Shown: positions 62,030 to 64,000 of the stretch, one piece after another | Position numbering within the stretch: the first letter of the stretch is position 1 | How the letters are laid out: every line of letters starts with the position of its first letter | From: Dimorphilus gyrociliatus | Taxonomy: Eukaryota; Animalia; Annelida | Direction: 5' to 3' | Assembly (NCBI GenBank): GCA_904063045.1 | Contig: CAJFCJ010000001.1 | Location: forward strand, 62,001 to 126,000 | DNA: 64,000 nt | Program-made: the position numbers and the translations under genes | Notes under the pieces: generated by a model | Seen by the model: only the letters and a program-made list of their open reading frames with translations | Databases searched by the model: none | What the model was told of the DNA's origin: nothing

Positions 62030-62760
62030 TTAGGGTAGCTCTACTTTCGGTCCATTTGGATCCATATTTAGCAACAGATCGGCTAAATAATTAACAGGAT
62101 TGACAGGTTTCACCTTACAAACCTTTGTAGTTGCTTTCAATAAAACAGGGAAAATATTTTTCCTGTTTATAGAGTGATAGCAGAAGAATTAATAAATGTA
62201 TTAGTAGGGCTTTCTTATAAAAGTGTTGGTAAACAGTGAATTAACGTTTATCAATATTTAAAAAGTGTTAATTTTTTTTGCCATCACTCTAAGTAATCTT
62301 CCGTTTCCAGCTTATTCATCAAAGGTTCTATAATTAAATTACTTGAGAAGAAGAATCTTAATTCTCGATCGGAAGATTCTCTATTAGAACTCGCGTGCAA
62401 ACCGTTGCGTAATCTATCCAAACCGTAAATTGCTCTTAAACAATCAGGATTTGTTCGTTTAGCCATAACAACGTCTGCTGGTCCAACCAGCTGTTTCAGG
62501 AAATGAACAGCGCTTTTGCGAGCTAAACAATAGATTACGCATGGACCGCATGTAATGGCTTCAATTAAATTAAAAAATAAAGTTTCTTCGATAAATTCCC
62601 GGTAAAAATCTGATGCTACTTCCGGTGTTAAATGCACTTTCCTACGATTTATTATATTAAAGCCAAATTTCAGTAAAGCGTTAGAAATTTCTGACTCTTT
62701 AGCTACAGCTTCCGGCTTTATAATTAATACAGTTTTTTCTACAAAAATATTATTAAACAT
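62030..62760 (-). CDS. NME5: Nucleoside diphosphate kinase homolog 5 (radial spoke RSPH23) with DPY-30 tail
   Basis: Exons 62760-62288 and 62162-62030 (phase 2). FVEKTVLIIKP, LRAIYG..LRNGLHAS, IIEP..DYLE|KNIFPVLLKATTKVCKVKPVNPVNYLADLLL..PNGPK parallel human NME5. Confidence 0.9.
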
Positions 62761-62795
62761 CGTAGACTTGATGAAGATTTTTTTAAAAGTAGGCT

Positions 62796-63014
62796 TGACG
62801 TCATAGTTTCAAAGTGATCATTAAATATTTAAAGAGTAAAAAACTAAAGGTGACTCATTATGTAACATGTTAAATGGTAACAAAAGCGTCACATCGAAGA
62901 GGCTACTCAACGAGTTTTTCTGACTTTTCTCGTGCCACTAATATGCCCTATGGGATGTCTAACCAATCAAATACAATTGTTTTCATCACTAATAATTGAT
63001 CTTCACCGTGGGAA
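62796..63014. promoter_or_regulatory. Shared upstream region of NME5 and the second HES gene: CRE, N-box, Su(H)/CSL site
   Basis: TGACGTCA at 62796-62803, GGCACGAG on the minus strand (62929-62936), CGTGGGAA at 63007-63014. ATTGG and a TATA-like box lie nearer the HES start (about 63550-63595). Confidence 0.45.
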
Positions 63015-63647
63015 GATATTTTCAAGTGTTTTATAATCCCTCTTTTTGATAGATAAAACTTTGCTCGACAAGTTCAAGAACCCGCTTTTCCTTTCCATTT
63101 ACCTTATTTATATTATTCATAGATATTTTTTGAATACTAAAGCATCCTTGCATAATAATGAAATAATTGAAATATGAAATGTAACATTTGTGTTAATTGC
63201 GGAGATTATTTGAAATTTTCAGTTGTACTCAATTTAACAAACAATTAAAGAAGAGATAAAACGAATAGTAAAAGTACTTCGAAATGAAGAAAAAACAATT
63301 AGTAGCTCTTTGATTAGGTTTTTGTTCAGTTTTTCTTTCTACCAAACGGTTAATCAGTCTGGCTGAATTACAAGGGACGATCAAAGTCCGGCATTGTTTT
63401 TAAAATAGAGGGATATCTCTTCCGAAGTGATAGACCGTCTAAATTATCTACTGAGGTATCCAGCTATCAAAACGCCCTTATCGGCAGGAAGTCGGCGGCT
63501 CAGATTAAAAACAATATAGGGTGAAAAGATTCACACGGCTTGAAAGCTGATTGGTCGAATAGTCTCCTCCCCAAATCAGATTTTGCATATAAAGCTTGAA
63601 TGCGTTTAATGCGTATGTATTCATTGTCCTTTCACAGTTGATTAACA

Positions 63648-64000
63648 ATGCCAAAGGTGAGATTTAACAAATTAAATATACCATTTTAATTTACCTTTTT
63701 CTTTCTTTGACATTATATTTAGCAGTCATCTAGTAAGCCGCTCATTGAAAAGCGCCGACGAGCAAGAATAACGCAAAGTATGCAACAAATACGCATGATT
63801 GTTGATACTGCAACAATTCAGCAGAATATGCCTTACAAGTTGGAGAGAGCTGAAGTCTTAGAATTAGCTGTTGATCATATGAAGAAACTTCCAGCAAAGA
63901 GTAAAGGTAGTTCATTGGAGTTACGATATTTTTTAACAGCTAAAATTTTTAATTTATTAGAAAAGCCAACAAATAGGGAAACCTTTACATCAGGATATGT
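63648..64000 (+). CDS. Second, divergent HES bHLH-Orange gene (5' part)
   Basis: Exons 63648-63656 (MPK), 63723 or 63726-63906 (SSKPLIEKRRRARITQSMQQIR...KLERAEVLELAVDHMK) and 63961 to the window end (..TFTSGY, start of Orange). Not in the ORF track. Confidence 0.85.

Noticed and set aside
1-64000. CRISPR arrays, rRNA, tRNA, prokaryotic operons, intact transposase or RT ORFs
   Set aside because: None seen. The DNA is intron-containing eukaryotic sequence with no regular repeat-spacer array or recognisable structural RNA.

Overview
AT-rich eukaryotic genomic DNA with many short (about 55-90 nt) GT-AG introns. It looks like a compact lophotrochozoan genome; an annelid such as Dimorphilus gyrociliatus is a guess, not shown by the sequence. 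Genes in order: 3' part of an ecdysone-receptor-type nuclear receptor; a PDF/cerebrin neuropeptide precursor (second coding exon missed by the ORF track); a Hairy/E(spl) bHLH-Orange gene; a 19-kb tandem array of mGluR-like class C GPCRs; a divergent GSK3; a LAS2/C18orf54-like gene; one or two uncharacterised minus-strand genes; GLMP; a 2-TM TMEM200-like gene; a DM9-repeat lectin; CatSper2; a divergent ionotropic receptor; NME5; and the start of a second HES gene. The standout is in the GPCR array. Three intact, divergent Venus-flytrap (ligand-binding) cassettes (23004-24300, 26130-28047, 29487-30749) end at the same phase-0 donor but share only one downstream cysteine-rich plus 7TM region (31353-33235). 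The sequence around each of the three donors is reverse-complementary to one 22-nt element just upstream of the common acceptor (31328-31349), and the nearest cassette pairs most weakly. This is the layout of a Dscam-like docking-site/selector system generating receptor diversity in a class C GPCR. It is predicted from sequence only and needs transcript evidence. Other signals: an over-represented CTCF-like AGATGGCGC motif, recurrent TA-CAG/CTG-TA Tc1/mariner-type footprints, a perfect CLEAR element before GLMP, and a GG instead of GT at the donor in the shared GPCR region.
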